Origin: an uncultured Acidobacteriota bacterium
GTDB lineage: Bacteria > Acidobacteriota > Thermoanaerobaculia > UBA5066
Length of the DNA: 64,000 nucleotides
Direction of reading: 5' to 3'
Assembly: GCA_963779415.1 (NCBI GenBank)
Contig: CAVZYA010000001.1
Location: 512,001 to 576,000 of the forward strand
Shown: in pieces, positions 36,667-46,909 of the stretch
How the letters are laid out: the number at the start of each line of letters is the position of its first letter
How positions within the stretch are numbered: position 1 is the first letter of the stretch
Position numbers and translations under genes: made by a program
Notes under the pieces: generated by a model
What the model was told of the DNA's origin: nothing
The model's database searches: none
Seen by the model: the letters and a program-made list of their open reading frames with translations, nothing else

Positions 36667-38697
36667 TCAGTCCGCCCTACCGAGGACGACCCGCGCATCC
36701 ACGACCGTGAGCCCGCTCTCGTGAACGAGGACCGGATTCAGGTCCATCTCGTCGATCTCGGGGTGCCGCGCCACGAGGTCCGAGAGCTGCACGAGAAGGC
36801 GGCGCAGGGCCGACACGTCGGCCGGCCTCGCTCCGCGGACCCCTTTGAGCAGCTTCGCTCCCCGGGTCTCCTCGATCATCTCGGCCGCGTCTTTCTCTCC
36901 GAACGGCACGATCCGGAAGGAGACGTCCTTGAAGAGCTCCACGAGAGTCCCCCCCATGCCGAACATGACGGCATGCCCGAACTGGAGATCGCGGGTCACC
37001 CCGACGATGACCTCCGGTCCGGCCGCGGACATGGCGCTCACGAGGACTCCCCCGTCCCGCGCGCCGATTCGCTTCACGATGCCGCCGATCTCCCGGAAGG
37101 CCTTCCGGACTCCCGACTCGTCTCTCACGTTCAGGATCACTCCCCCGACGTCGCTCTTGTGCGTCACGTCGACGGAGTTCATCTTCACCGCGACGGGGTA
37201 TCCGATCTCCCCCGCCGCCCGGACGGCCTCCTCCTCGTTCCCAGCCTGCCGCGAGGAAACGACCGGCAACCCCTCGCGCACGAGAAAGCTGATGGAGTCT
37301 GCCGGGGAGAGTGACCTCGCGGCGGACGACGGAGCCGATGCCACGGCCGCCGGGGCCGCCTCCACCGTCCGGGGCCAGCGGTCGCCGGCGAAGCGGACAT
37401 GGCAGGAGAGCGCCTTGACGGCGCGCTCCGGCGTCGGAAAGACGGCGATTCCCTTCTCGTGAAGGAGAAGCCGCTCGGCGCGCTCCACGTCGGCGCCGCC
37501 AAGGAACGCGACGAGGTCGTTCCGGCCCGGCTCCAGGGCCGTCGAGGCGTTTGCGATCGGATCCCCGAAGATCGTCAGAACGACGTCGTAGTGATCCCGT
37601 GACGTCGCGATGACTTTCCGGAAACAGTCGGCGTCGCCGTCGCCCGTCAGGTCGAGGGGGTTCCCGACGATGAAATGGGATGGCAGCGTCCGCCGCAGCT
37701 CCGAAGCCAGGGCCGCGGGGAGCGGGCTCACGTGGAAACCGTTGTCCGCCGCGACGTCGGTGGCGATGATGGCCGAGCCTCCGGAGCTGGTGACGATCAG
37801 CATCCGGGGGCCCGCGGGTGCGGGAACGTAGGCGAGGGCCTTGGAAAAATCGTAGAGCTCCTCGAGGGAGGCCGCGCGGTGGATCCCGTACTGCCGGAAG
37901 ACCGCGTCGTAGATCTCGTCCTTCGTGGCGAGCGTCCGGGTGTGCGATTCGGCGGCCTTGCGTCCCTGATCGGTCCGGCCGGCCTTGAAGATGACGATGG
38001 GCTTGCGGCATTCCTTCACGGCGGCCAGGAACCGTTTGGGGTCGCGTATGCCTTCGATGTAAAGGGTGATCACCTTCGTGTTCGGATCGGACGCGAAGAA
38101 GGTGATCAGGTCGGCCTCGTCCACGTCGATCCGGTTCCCCATGCTCACGAAGGCCGAAAAGCCGAGCCTCTCCTCGGCCGCCCAGTCGATCAGCGCCGCC
38201 CCGACGGTTCCGCTCTGAGACGCGATGGCCATCGCCCCTTTCCGCGTGATGAGCGGCCAGGAGGCGCAGAGGCCGTGGTGGGGGTAGTTCACTCCCTGGC
38301 AGTTCGGACCGACGACGCGGATGCCGCACCGGGTGGCGTTCTTCTTCAGCTCTTCCTGAAGGCGGGCCCCGTCCGACCCCGATTCGGCGAAACCTCCCGT
38401 GATGACGATGGCCGCCCGGACCTTCCGTTCGCCGAGCTGAAGGATCGTCTCGGGGACGGAGAGGGCCGGAACGATGACGACGGCCAGGTCCGTTCCGGAC
38501 GGGATCTCCCCCACCGACCGGACGGACGGCGTTCCGAGAATCGTCTCCCCCTTCGGATTCACGGGGGTGACGGGCCCGGCGAAGCCCGCGTCGAGGATGT
38601 TCTTCAGGATCTGGTACCCGAGCTTCCCCGGTTTCGCGGAGGCGCCGATGACGGCAAGGCCGTTCGGCCGAAAGAGAGCCTGCAGGGAGTCGTTCAT
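36667..38697 (-). CDS. ADP-forming acyl-CoA synthetase (acetate--CoA ligase family, fused alpha/beta)
   Basis: IGAS, VGPNCQG, SQSG, phospho-His in AAESHT, NPLDL, THKSDVGGV, DLNP. Confidence 0.9.
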   Translation of the reverse strand: MNDSLQALFRPNGLAVIGASAKPGKLGYQILKNILDAGFAGPVTPVNPKGETILGTPSVRSVGEIPSGTDLAVVIVPALSVPETILQLGERKVRAAIVITGGFAESGSDGARLQEELKKNATRCGIRVVGPNCQGVNYPHHGLCASWPLITRKGAMAIASQSGTVGAALIDWAAEERLGFSAFVSMGNRIDVDEADLITFFASDPNTKVITLYIEGIRDPKRFLAAVKECRKPIVIFKAGRTDQGRKAAESHTRTLATKDEIYDAVFRQYGIHRAASLEELYDFSKALAYVPAPAGPRMLIVTSSGGSAIIATDVAADNGFHVSPLPAALASELRRTLPSHFIVGNPLDLTGDGDADCFRKVIATSRDHYDVVLTIFGDPIANASTALEPGRNDLVAFLGGADVERAERLLLHEKGIAVFPTPERAVKALSCHVRFAGDRWPRTVEAAPAAVASAPSSAARSLSPADSISFLVREGLPVVSSRQAGNEEEAVRAAGEIGYPVAVKMNSVDVTHKSDVGGVILNVRDESGVRKAFREIGGIVKRIGARDGGVLVSAMSAAGPEVIVGVTRDLQFGHAVMFGMGGTLVELFKDVSFRIVPFGEKDAAEMIEETRGAKLLKGVRGARPADVSALRRLLVQLSDLVARHPEIDEMDLNPVLVHESGLTVVDARVVLGRAD

Positions 38698-38808
38698 GTC
38701 GCTCCTCGAGAATGCCGCGCCTCGAAGTCTATCGCGGCGGAACGTCCCTCGCCGGCTCCGTCAGCAGCCGCTCACGTCTCGTCAGGCCGTCCGAGCGCGG
38801 CGGCCGGG

Positions 38809-39486
38809 CTACGCCCCGGGGGGCGAAAGGAAGCTCTCGAGCCGATCCTCATTCAGGATGAAGTGGCCCCCCTCTCGCTTGAGAAGGCCCATCTGCCTGA
38901 ACCTGTTCACCTGCGTCGTGACCGTCTCGCGGGTGGTCCCGATCAGCTTGGCCAGGTCCTCGTGGGTCAGCCGGAGGGGAATCAGCGTCCCTCCGGCCGT
39001 CCTCACGCCGTGCTCCCTCCCGACCTGGAGCAGGACTTTCCCGAGCCTTTGGTACGACCACGTGTGGCCGAAAGCCGCGTACCCCTGCTCGATCTTGACG
39101 AGCCGCTTCGACAGGAGGCGGATGAAGTTCCGGGCGACCGCTGGAAAGGCGGACAGAATCTCCTCGAGGCTCTTCCTCGGGATGACGGTGACGACGACCT
39201 CCGTCTTCGTCACGGCGTCGAAGGCCCGCTTCTCCTCCGCGAAGAGAAGCTCGCCGAAGATCTCTCCCGGCTTCAGGATGTGGAGGGTGGTCTCGCCCCC
39301 TCTGCCCGAGACCGAGACGAGCTTCACGATGCCCTCCGCGACGATGAACATGGCGTCCGCGCGGTCTCCCTCCGAAAAAACCGGGACTCCCTTCGCATAA
39401 CGCCGCTCGCCAAAAATCCGCGTGATCCGGCGCATCTCCTCGTCGGCCACTCCCCGGAACAGCTCAAGGGCCGTCGGGCGCACCAC
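38809..39486 (-). CDS. Crp/Fnr family transcriptional regulator
   Basis: cNMP-fold GEIFGE; HTH LTHEDLAKLIGTTRETVT. Confidence 0.9.
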   Translation of the reverse strand: MVRPTALELFRGVADEEMRRITRIFGERRYAKGVPVFSEGDRADAMFIVAEGIVKLVSVSGRGGETTLHILKPGEIFGELLFAEEKRAFDAVTKTEVVVTVIPRKSLEEILSAFPAVARNFIRLLSKRLVKIEQGYAAFGHTWSYQRLGKVLLQVGREHGVRTAGGTLIPLRLTHEDLAKLIGTTRETVTTQVNRFRQMGLLKREGGHFILNEDRLESFLSPPGA

Positions 39487-39636
39487 AGCTCCCGAGTCTA
39501 GGGGCCCGGCTTGAGCCTTTCAACCGCCCGCCAGAAACACGAACGCCGATGACGTCCCCCCAAGAACGTCCCGGCGGTTCGTGTCTCGTCGTTCACGCCA
39601 CATTGCGAGACATGTCGAATCGGAATCTGACGGGCC

Positions 39637-39849
39637 TCAGGCCGCGCGGCGCATTTCGACGTCACGGGGGAGGAAATCGACCAGCTCCGACTCTGAAGAG
39701 GACGACTCCGTCCAGAAGAACCTCTTTCCGGCCTTTTCCTTGTCGGCGAGAGAGCCGAGAAGAATCCCTTCGACGGCGATGACGAGAAGCGCCAGGGCGG
39801 CAAGAACAACTCCCGGCCCGACGGTGAGTTCCGTAAGAATGCCTTCCAT
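39637..39849 (-). CDS. Small single-TM hypothetical protein
   Basis: 70 aa with a hydrophobic segment; purine-rich GGGGTGAG upstream of the ATG. Confidence 0.5.
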   Translation of the reverse strand: MEGILTELTVGPGVVLAALALLVIAVEGILLGSLADKEKAGKRFFWTESSSSESELVDFLPRDVEMRRAA

Positions 39850-39908
39850 CTATCTCACCCCCTTTCCAACTCTCCAACCGGAATATGGTTCCCGCGATGA
39901 AAACTGTC

Positions 39909-39924
39909 TGTGCGACCTTTCACA
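39909..39924. promoter_or_regulatory. Crp/Fnr- or Rex-type palindromic operator
   Basis: TGTGC-GACCTT-TCACA (9/10 to TGTGA-N6-TCACA), centred about 41 nt upstream of GTG 39958; TAGACT -10-like hexamer at 39944-39949. Confidence 0.6.
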
Positions 39925-39957
39925 ACCCTCTCGGAAAGGAAGCTAGACTCGCCCCGC

Positions 39958-41805
39958 GTGATCGAAAACCAGCGACGCGCAGACGAGAGGCCTTTCAGCG
40001 TCCCTCGGTCGAAACAGGAGATCCTCGGGGATCTCGAGACATTGATCGCGGAGAGAAAGCTCTTCGGCGCGGAGCTGAACCCGACGATTCTCAAGAAGAG
40101 CGGCAAGGGAGCGCGATTTCTCGTCAGCAAGGTTCCCTCGCGGCGAAAGCTCCTTCGGAGCTGGAGGGCCCTCTTCGAGGACCGGATCCCGCCCGCCGCC
40201 CTCTTCCGGGCCCTCGGTCCCCGCTACGGCGAGTTCTCGCACCGGGAGAGCCTCCTCCTCTTCGGCAGGAACCGCATCCTCTACGACACGCAGATTCTCG
40301 AGGGCGAGGAGAGCGTCGGCGAGGTGACGCTCAGCTTCGCGTCTCTCCCGGATCCGGCGCTCGGGCTCACGGCCTTTCTCCGGGGCCGCCGCATCAGGGT
40401 CGTCTACATCGACCACATCCGCGTGAACGCGCAGCGCTCCGGCTACGCCGCGACGCTGTTCCGCCACTACGAGGGGCTCTTCCGGGACCTGGGCTTCCGC
40501 GAGTTCCGGCTGAACGCGTCTCTTTCCATCGGTCGGTACTACTGGGGAAAGGAAGGATTCGATTTCGCCGACAGGTCCGAGGTCGAAAGGAGAAAGCAGG
40601 CCCTGCGTACTCTCGTCCGGGAGAAGGGCCTTCCCGTGCGCGAGATCGAGATCGGGCGTCTGAACCACCCGTTCGATCTCGCCGGGTTCCGGAAGGACCT
40701 GAGGATCCCCGTCTACCGGGATGCCGACGGATACCACTCGCTGACGGCCGATGAGCGGTTCACCGAGGAGGTCCAGCTGCCGCTGGGCAAGGCCTTCCTT
40801 CTCGCCTCGGCACCCTGGGAGGGGTACAAGACGATCTACACGAAGACACCCCGGAGGACGGGCTTCGTGACCTCTCCCGAATACCTTCGGCACCAGACCC
40901 GTGCCGGCCACCCGGAAAGCCACAAACGGCTCCGCGCCCTTCTCGCGGCCATCGAGAAGGAGGACCTCCGGAGGAGCCTCGTCTTCCTTCCTCCCTACGT
41001 CCCCGACCTCGAGTTCCTCGGGACGGTCCATGCCCCCGAGTACCTCGAGAGGTTCCGCGAGAGCGTCCGGAACGGAGACAAGATCTTCTCAACGAGAGAC
41101 TGCTCGATCTCGGCCGCGACCTGGGACGTCGCCCTTCTCGCGGCCGGCGGCGCGATGGCCGGCGTCGACGCCGTCATGAACGGGAGGGTCAAGAACGTCT
41201 TCTGCGCCGTGAGGCCCCCGGGGCATCACGCGGGACGGGCGTCCACGATGGGATTCTGCTTCATCAACAACGTGGCGGTCGGCGCCGTCTACGCACGGGC
41301 CGTCTACGGCGTCGAACGGATCTTCATCCTCGACTGGGACGTCCACCACGGAAACGGGACGCAGGCGATCTTCGAGGCGGACCCCCTGACGTACTACTGC
41401 AGCATCCACGAGCACCCGACCTTCTGCTTTCCGGGGACGGGACGGCGGATGGAGCGGGGAACGGGGGCGGGAGCAGGGTTCACGCTGAACCTGCCGCTCA
41501 AGCCGTTCGCGGGGGACGAGGAGCTGGTGGAGACCTTCGAGAGGGAGGTCGTCCCGGAGATCGACCGGTTCCGGCCCGGCCTGATCATGATCTCCGCGGG
41601 GTTCGACGGACACGACAACGACCCGATCGCCGACCTCCGGCTCACGAGGGAGTCATTCATCCACATGACGCGGAGGCTCTGCGAGCTGGCGGACCGCCAT
41701 TGCGCCGGCCGCATCGTCTCGGTTCTCGAAGGAGGGTACGAGGGCCCCTGGTTCGCCTCGTCGGTCCTCGCCCATCTCCTGACGCTTCAGGGAAGGAGCC
41801 AATAA
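39958..41805 (+). CDS. GNAT-like domain fused to Zn-dependent deacetylase (HDAC/AcuC family)
   Basis: N-terminal QRSGYA...GRYYWGKEGFDF; C-terminal HPES, RPPGHHA, GFC, DWDVHHGNGT, SAGFD, LEGGY. Confidence 0.85.
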   Translation: MIENQRRADERPFSVPRSKQEILGDLETLIAERKLFGAELNPTILKKSGKGARFLVSKVPSRRKLLRSWRALFEDRIPPAALFRALGPRYGEFSHRESLLLFGRNRILYDTQILEGEESVGEVTLSFASLPDPALGLTAFLRGRRIRVVYIDHIRVNAQRSGYAATLFRHYEGLFRDLGFREFRLNASLSIGRYYWGKEGFDFADRSEVERRKQALRTLVREKGLPVREIEIGRLNHPFDLAGFRKDLRIPVYRDADGYHSLTADERFTEEVQLPLGKAFLLASAPWEGYKTIYTKTPRRTGFVTSPEYLRHQTRAGHPESHKRLRALLAAIEKEDLRRSLVFLPPYVPDLEFLGTVHAPEYLERFRESVRNGDKIFSTRDCSISAATWDVALLAAGGAMAGVDAVMNGRVKNVFCAVRPPGHHAGRASTMGFCFINNVAVGAVYARAVYGVERIFILDWDVHHGNGTQAIFEADPLTYYCSIHEHPTFCFPGTGRRMERGTGAGAGFTLNLPLKPFAGDEELVETFEREVVPEIDRFRPGLIMISAGFDGHDNDPIADLRLTRESFIHMTRRLCELADRHCAGRIVSVLEGGYEGPWFASSVLAHLLTLQGRSQ

Positions 41806-42440
41806 TGTTCGTCGGCAAGCGGATGACAAAGAACGTGATCACGGTCTCGCCGGGAGACACCCTGAAATTCGCCAGCCACGCCCTGATGGAGAACCGGATC
41901 CATCAGCTCCCGGTCGTGGAGAACGGCGAGCTGGTCGGCTTCGTGTCGGGCACGGACATCCGCAACTCGACCTTCGAGACCTCGACGGTCACGCAGCTCG
42001 GAAAGATCCTCGTGAAGAACCGGACCGTCGCGGAGATCATGATGCGCGACGTCGTCACGGTGATGCCGGAGGACACGATCGAAGACGCGCTCCTCGTCAT
42101 CCACAAGAGGAAGCTCGGGGCCCTCCCCGTCGTGGAGGGGCGGAAGCTGGTCGGGATCATCACGAAGCGGGACCTCCTGGCGGCCTTCTGCGACGCCCTC
42201 AAGATCGAGGAGCCGGGGGTCCGGATCGAGGTCATCCTCCCACGCGGGGCCGCTTCCCTCGTCCCCCTCGTTCGGAAGCTCGCGGACATGGAGGCCGAGA
42301 TCTGGAGCCTGATCCTTTCGCCCGTCCCCGGCGGCTTCCTCGCCCTCGTCCGCCTCGCCACGATCGACGCGGGTGGCGTTCGGAGGGCCCTTCGCGATGC
42401 CGGCTTCATCGTCCCGGACGTGGCGGACTTCCTGAAGTAG
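41805..42440 (+). CDS. CBS-pair plus ACT-like protein (AcuB-like)
   Basis: Two CBS domains (IHQLPVV, LGALPVV) followed by PGVRIEV; translationally coupled to the deacetylase gene. Confidence 0.85.
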   Translation: MFVGKRMTKNVITVSPGDTLKFASHALMENRIHQLPVVENGELVGFVSGTDIRNSTFETSTVTQLGKILVKNRTVAEIMMRDVVTVMPEDTIEDALLVIHKRKLGALPVVEGRKLVGIITKRDLLAAFCDALKIEEPGVRIEVILPRGAASLVPLVRKLADMEAEIWSLILSPVPGGFLALVRLATIDAGGVRRALRDAGFIVPDVADFLK

Positions 42441-42461
42441 CGGCCCGCCGGAAGGCTCCCG

Positions 42462-43796
42462 CTACCGGAGCTGATAGCCTTTCATCTTCCGCCAGAGGGT
42501 ATTGCGCGAGATGCCGAGTGTGGCCGCGGCCCGGCCCCGGTGGCCGCCGTGCCGCGCGATCGCGTCGCGGATGGTCTCCGCCTCGGCCTGCTCCAGGGGA
42601 CTCGCGCCGGGGGGGGCCGCGATCGCCGGCGCGCCGGGGAGCGAGGCGATCTGGGAGGGGAGGTCGGAGACCTCGATGATCGAGCCGCCGCAGACCACGA
42701 AGGCGTGCTCGATGGCGTTTTCGAGCTCCCGCACGTTCCCGGGAAACGAATGGGACATGAGGCGCGCCATCGCCGTCACCGAGATACCCGAGATGCGCCT
42801 CCCCTGCGCGGCGTTGAAGCGCGCGATGAACCGCTCGACGAGGAGCGGGATGTCCTCTGGGCGGCTCCGGAGCGGCGGCAGGGTCAGCCGGACGATGTTC
42901 AGGCGGAAGTAGAGGTCCTGGCGGAAGCGCCGGTTCATCACCTCCGCCGCGAGGTCGCGGTTGGTCGCGGCAATGATCCGTACGTCGGCCTTCGCCGGCT
43001 TGACGGCGCCGAGCGGCGTGTACTCCCGCTCCTGAAGGACCCGCAGAAGCTTGACCTGTATGGCCGGCGACAGCTCGCCGACCTCGTCGAGGAGGAGCGT
43101 CCCTCCCTGCGCGAGGGCGAAACGGCCGGGCTTGTCCTTCTTGGCGTCGGTGAAGGCGCCGCGGACGTAGCCGAACAGCTCCGATTCCACGAGGGAGTCC
43201 GGGATGGCGCCGCAGTTGACCGCGACGAAGGGCTTTCGGGAGCGCGCCCCGAGGTTGTGGATCGCCCTCGCGACGAGCTCCTTTCCGGTGCCGGGCTCCC
43301 CCTCGATCAGGACGGTCGCGTCGCTCCGGGCGATGAGCGGCAGCATGTCGCGCACATGACGCATCGCCGCGCTCTTGGAGATGACGTCATCCGACTTGTA
43401 GCTGGCTTTCAGCTGGCGACGCAGCTCGGCGACCTCGGAGAGGTCGCGGAACATCTCGACCCCCCCGATCACCTGTCCGTCCTCGCCACGCAGCGCCGCC
43501 GTGCTGACGGCGATCGGAACGGAGCGCCCCTCCTTCCGGAGGATCGAGACCTCGCTGTCGGCATGGCTCTGGCCGGCCCGCATGCTGTCGCGCAAGAGGC
43601 AGTTCCTCTCGCATCCGGTGCTCCGGAGCACATCGCCACAGAAGCGCCCCAGAACCTCTTCCCGGCCGTAGCCCGTGATCTCCTCCGCCGTCCGATTGAA
43701 GGCCGTGATCCGGCAGTCGCCGTCTACGGTGAAGATCGCGTGCGGGATGGAGTTGAAGATCAGGTTCGCGTACCTGATGACGAGAGCCCGCTGCAT
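42462..43796 (-). CDS. PAS-domain sigma54-dependent enhancer-binding protein (Fis-type HTH)
   Basis: PAS, GEPGTGKE, ESELFG...GAFTDA, LLDEVGE, PGNVREL, LGISRNTLWRK. Confidence 0.93.
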   Translation of the reverse strand: MQRALVIRYANLIFNSIPHAIFTVDGDCRITAFNRTAEEITGYGREEVLGRFCGDVLRSTGCERNCLLRDSMRAGQSHADSEVSILRKEGRSVPIAVSTAALRGEDGQVIGGVEMFRDLSEVAELRRQLKASYKSDDVISKSAAMRHVRDMLPLIARSDATVLIEGEPGTGKELVARAIHNLGARSRKPFVAVNCGAIPDSLVESELFGYVRGAFTDAKKDKPGRFALAQGGTLLLDEVGELSPAIQVKLLRVLQEREYTPLGAVKPAKADVRIIAATNRDLAAEVMNRRFRQDLYFRLNIVRLTLPPLRSRPEDIPLLVERFIARFNAAQGRRISGISVTAMARLMSHSFPGNVRELENAIEHAFVVCGGSIIEVSDLPSQIASLPGAPAIAAPPGASPLEQAEAETIRDAIARHGGHRGRAAATLGISRNTLWRKMKGYQLR

Positions 43797-43847
43797 GTCG
43801 GCAATCTAACTCCTATGCTCCAGAAGTGCAACAACAGATGAAGAGAC

Positions 43848-43863
43848 GTCTCGAATCCGAGAC
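43848..43863. promoter_or_regulatory. Palindromic candidate upstream activating sequence for the EBP
   Basis: GTCTCG-AATC-CGAGAC, about 85-100 nt upstream of the sigma54 promoter. Confidence 0.5.
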
Positions 43864-43948
43864 ACCACAATCGCAGCTGTTCAGACAAGAGGCCGTGTTT
43901 TCGAAAGCCAACACATTGTCAACGAAGAAGATGCCGCCGCCGCCCCGA

Positions 43949-43963
43949 TGGCACGTTGATTGC
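43949..43963 (+). promoter_or_regulatory. Sigma54 (-24/-12) promoter of the Hmc-like operon
   Basis: TGGCAC-GTTGA-TTGC consensus match, divergent from a sigma54 EBP gene. Confidence 0.85.
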
Positions 43964-44006
43964 CATAGAGGACCATGCGGGACGAACCGCAGCGCGGAGG
44001 GCTCGA

Positions 44007-45398
44007 ATGGCGCTAACAACTTCCTATTACATGGAGGCGGTCGACACGAAGAACCTCCCGGAGAGGTTCCTCGAGGCATTCGCCGCGATTCTTTCTCACT
44101 CGAACTACGCCGCCGTTCTCGACCTCTATGCCCGGATGAGCACGCGATGCGGACGCTGCGCCGCGAGCTGTCCGGTCTACGAGGCCTCCTGCGATCCGCG
44201 GGACATTCCGTGCAAGAGGTCGGAGCTGCTCCTCGACGTCTTCACCCGCTACTTCACCCCTCTCGGCGCCCTCAAGGCGCGCTTCGGCACTCCCTTCACC
44301 CTCACGGAGGAGCACATCAACAGGCTGGCAGAGGATCTCTACCGCTGCACCGCCTGCCGCCGGTGCAAGCTCGAGTGCCCGCTGGGGATCGACCACGCGA
44401 TGATCACCCACCTCGGCCGCTGGGTCCTTGCGGAGGTCGGCATCATTCCGAAGGCGCTCAAGGTGGCGGTGCGGGAGCAACTGGACGGAAAGACGCACAA
44501 CACGTCGGCGATTCCCGAGGCGGCGCTGCGCGACACGTGCGAGTTCCTCACGGACGACTGCAAGGACACCTGGGGGATGAAGATCGAGTTCCCGATCGAC
44601 CGGGAGGGGTCGGAATACGTCTTCTTCCCGGCGGTATCCGATTACCTCCTGGAGCCCGACACGCTGACGGGAAACTCCGCGGTCCTCACCGCGGCCGGCG
44701 CCTCCTGGACCATCGGCTCGCGTTACTTCGACGGGATCAACTACGGCCTCTTCTACTCCGACCGGATGCTCGACCGGATCCTGCAGCAGGAGGTCGCGGA
44801 GGTCCGCCGCCTCGGGGCACGCAAGATCCTGATCGGAGAGTGCGGGCACGCCTCGCGCTCGGCCAAGTTCTTCGTCCGGACTTTCGGCGGCGGCCGGAAC
44901 GCTCCCGAGGTGGTCAACATCATGGAGTACACGCTGAGGGCGCTTCGGGAGGGGAAGCTGGCCCTTAAGGCCGGTTCGATCGGCGAGCGCGTGACGTATC
45001 ACGATCCCTGCAACATCGCCCGATCGGGCTGGGTTGTAGAACAGCCACGCGAGATCCTTCGCGCCATCTGCTCGGACTTCGTCGAGATGACGCCGCACGG
45101 CCGCGAGAACTACTGCTGCGGGGGCGGAAGCGGGACCGTCTCCATCGACGAGATCCGCTCCTTCCGGACGCTCGTCGGCGGCAAGACCAAGGCGGAACAG
45201 ATCCGCCGCACCGGCGCCACCGTCCTGGTCGCCCCCTGCGCCAACTGCAAGAAGCAGCTCCGCGAGGTCTGCGAAGACCACGGCCTCAAGGACGTCCGGG
45301 TCGTCGGGTTGCACGATCTCCTCTTGCCGGCCCTCCAACCGCCTGCGGCCATGCGCGTCGAAAAACCGGCGGCCGACGAAGCCGCGAAGGGGGCGTGA
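44007..45398 (+). CDS. Cytoplasmic Fe-S/CCG-domain oxidoreductase (HmcF/TmcB/HdrD-like)
   Basis: CGRCAASCP, CTACRRCKLECP, ECGH, YHDPCN, YCCGGG, CANC; GGAGG plus ATG 44007. Confidence 0.87.
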   Translation: MALTTSYYMEAVDTKNLPERFLEAFAAILSHSNYAAVLDLYARMSTRCGRCAASCPVYEASCDPRDIPCKRSELLLDVFTRYFTPLGALKARFGTPFTLTEEHINRLAEDLYRCTACRRCKLECPLGIDHAMITHLGRWVLAEVGIIPKALKVAVREQLDGKTHNTSAIPEAALRDTCEFLTDDCKDTWGMKIEFPIDREGSEYVFFPAVSDYLLEPDTLTGNSAVLTAAGASWTIGSRYFDGINYGLFYSDRMLDRILQQEVAEVRRLGARKILIGECGHASRSAKFFVRTFGGGRNAPEVVNIMEYTLRALREGKLALKAGSIGERVTYHDPCNIARSGWVVEQPREILRAICSDFVEMTPHGRENYCCGGGSGTVSIDEIRSFRTLVGGKTKAEQIRRTGATVLVAPCANCKKQLREVCEDHGLKDVRVVGLHDLLLPALQPPAAMRVEKPAADEAAKGA

Positions 45399-45401
45399 CG
45401 C

Positions 45402-46103
45402 GTGGACGCCTGGATCGCCCTCGCGCGGGGCCCCCTCTTTCGCATCTCCCTCGCGGTCTGCGTGCTCGGCCTTCTCTACCGTGTCGGCGTCGCCTGCTAC
45501 TCCCTCCTGCGCGCGTGGCAGAGAGCGGGAGACCGGCTCCTGCCGCTCTCCGCGATCCGCCGCGCGACCCTGGAGTGGTTGGTGCCACGCCGTCTCCTCA
45601 AGGCGAGGCCGCTCTACTCGATCGCCTCGTTCGCGTTTCACGTCGGCATCATCGTCGTGCCGCTCTTCCTCGCCGGACACGTCCTCCTCTGGCAGCGCGA
45701 CCTGCCGGTCGCCTGGCTTGTGCTCCCCGCCTTCTGGGCCGACCTCCTGACCCTCCTCGCCACGGCGGCGCTCTTCGGTGTCCTCGTCGCCCGGGCCGTG
45801 ACGAAGGAGAGCCGCTTCCTGACGCAGACGCAGGACGTCGTGGTGCTCCTCCTCCTCGCAGGGGTGCTCGTCGCCGGCTTTCTCGCATCCCATCCGGGCC
45901 TCGCTCCGTTCGACGCACGGGCGCTGCTCCTAGCCCACGTCCTCCTCGGAGATCTGGTGCTGATCCTGACGCCCTTGACCAAGATCGTGCACTGCGTCCT
46001 CTTCCCATTCATGCAGCTCGCCGGAGAGATCGGCTGGCACTTCCCCGCCGAGAGCGGCCGCCACGTGGCGCTCGCCCTCGGCAAGGAGGGTGAGCGGATA
46101 TGA
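45402..46103 (+). CDS. NarI/HmcE-like membrane cytochrome b subunit
   Basis: RGPLF, FHVG, GHV, AHVLLGD...PLTKIVH His pattern. Confidence 0.8.
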   Translation: MDAWIALARGPLFRISLAVCVLGLLYRVGVACYSLLRAWQRAGDRLLPLSAIRRATLEWLVPRRLLKARPLYSIASFAFHVGIIVVPLFLAGHVLLWQRDLPVAWLVLPAFWADLLTLLATAALFGVLVARAVTKESRFLTQTQDVVVLLLLAGVLVAGFLASHPGLAPFDARALLLAHVLLGDLVLILTPLTKIVHCVLFPFMQLAGEIGWHFPAESGRHVALALGKEGERI

Positions 46104-46909
46104 GCGCCTGGGGCATCCTGACCGACGTTACGAAGTGCATCGGCTGCGAGGAGTGCGTCGCCGCTTGCAAGCGGACGAACGCGACCGGAGAGGACGAGCC
46201 GTGGAGCTGGCAGGGCTCACCCGGGGATCTCTCGTCGACGCGGTGGACGACGATCGTCTCCGCGCCGCGCGGACGCTCCGTCCGCGTCCACTGTCGCCAC
46301 TGCCTCGAGCCGGCCTGTGCCTCGGCCTGTCCGGTGGGAGCGCTCCGCCGGACGAAGGAAGGCGCGGTCGCTTACGACGCGGACATCTGCATGGGCTGCC
46401 GCTACTGCATGATCGCCTGCCCGTTCAAGATGACCCGCTACGAGTGGGAGTCGGCCACCCCCCGGGTCCGCAAGTGCATCCTCTGCTACGACCGGATCCG
46501 TAAAGGCGAGATCAGGGAGCCGGCCTGTACGGCCGCCTGCCCGACGAAGGCGACGATCTTCGGCGACCGGGACACCCTCCTCGCCGAAGCCCGCCGCCGC
46601 ATCGCGGAGGAGCCGGGCCGATACGTCCACCACATCTGGGGCGAGCACGAAGTGGGAGGGACCTCAGTCCTCTACCTTTCCGACGTCAACCTCTCCACGG
46701 CTGGCTGGCCCTCTTCGCTGCGCGACACTTCGTATCCGGCGCTCACGCATCCGGCCATGCACGCCGTCCCTCCCGCGTTTCTCGGCGTGGGCGCCGTGAT
46801 GTTCGGCCTCTCGTGGGTGATCGGCCGCCGGGAGCGCCTCGCCCGGGAGGGGGATCCGGAAACTCCGCCGCACGAGAAAGGCAACACGCCTCCGAAGGCT
46901 ACGCCATGA
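46100..46909 (+). CDS. Four-cluster 4Fe-4S protein (HybA/HmcB-like) with C-terminal TM anchor
   Basis: CIGCEECVAAC, CRHCLEPACASACP, CMGCRYCMIACP, KCILC...PACTAACP, EVGGTS. Confidence 0.9.
   Translation: MSAWGILTDVTKCIGCEECVAACKRTNATGEDEPWSWQGSPGDLSSTRWTTIVSAPRGRSVRVHCRHCLEPACASACPVGALRRTKEGAVAYDADICMGCRYCMIACPFKMTRYEWESATPRVRKCILCYDRIRKGEIREPACTAACPTKATIFGDRDTLLAEARRRIAEEPGRYVHHIWGEHEVGGTSVLYLSDVNLSTAGWPSSLRDTSYPALTHPAMHAVPPAFLGVGAVMFGLSWVIGRRERLAREGDPETPPHEKGNTPPKATP

Noticed and set aside
43956-44006. TTG start at 43956 given in the ORF track
   Set aside because: It lies inside the sigma54 promoter; ATG 44007 has a GGAGG RBS
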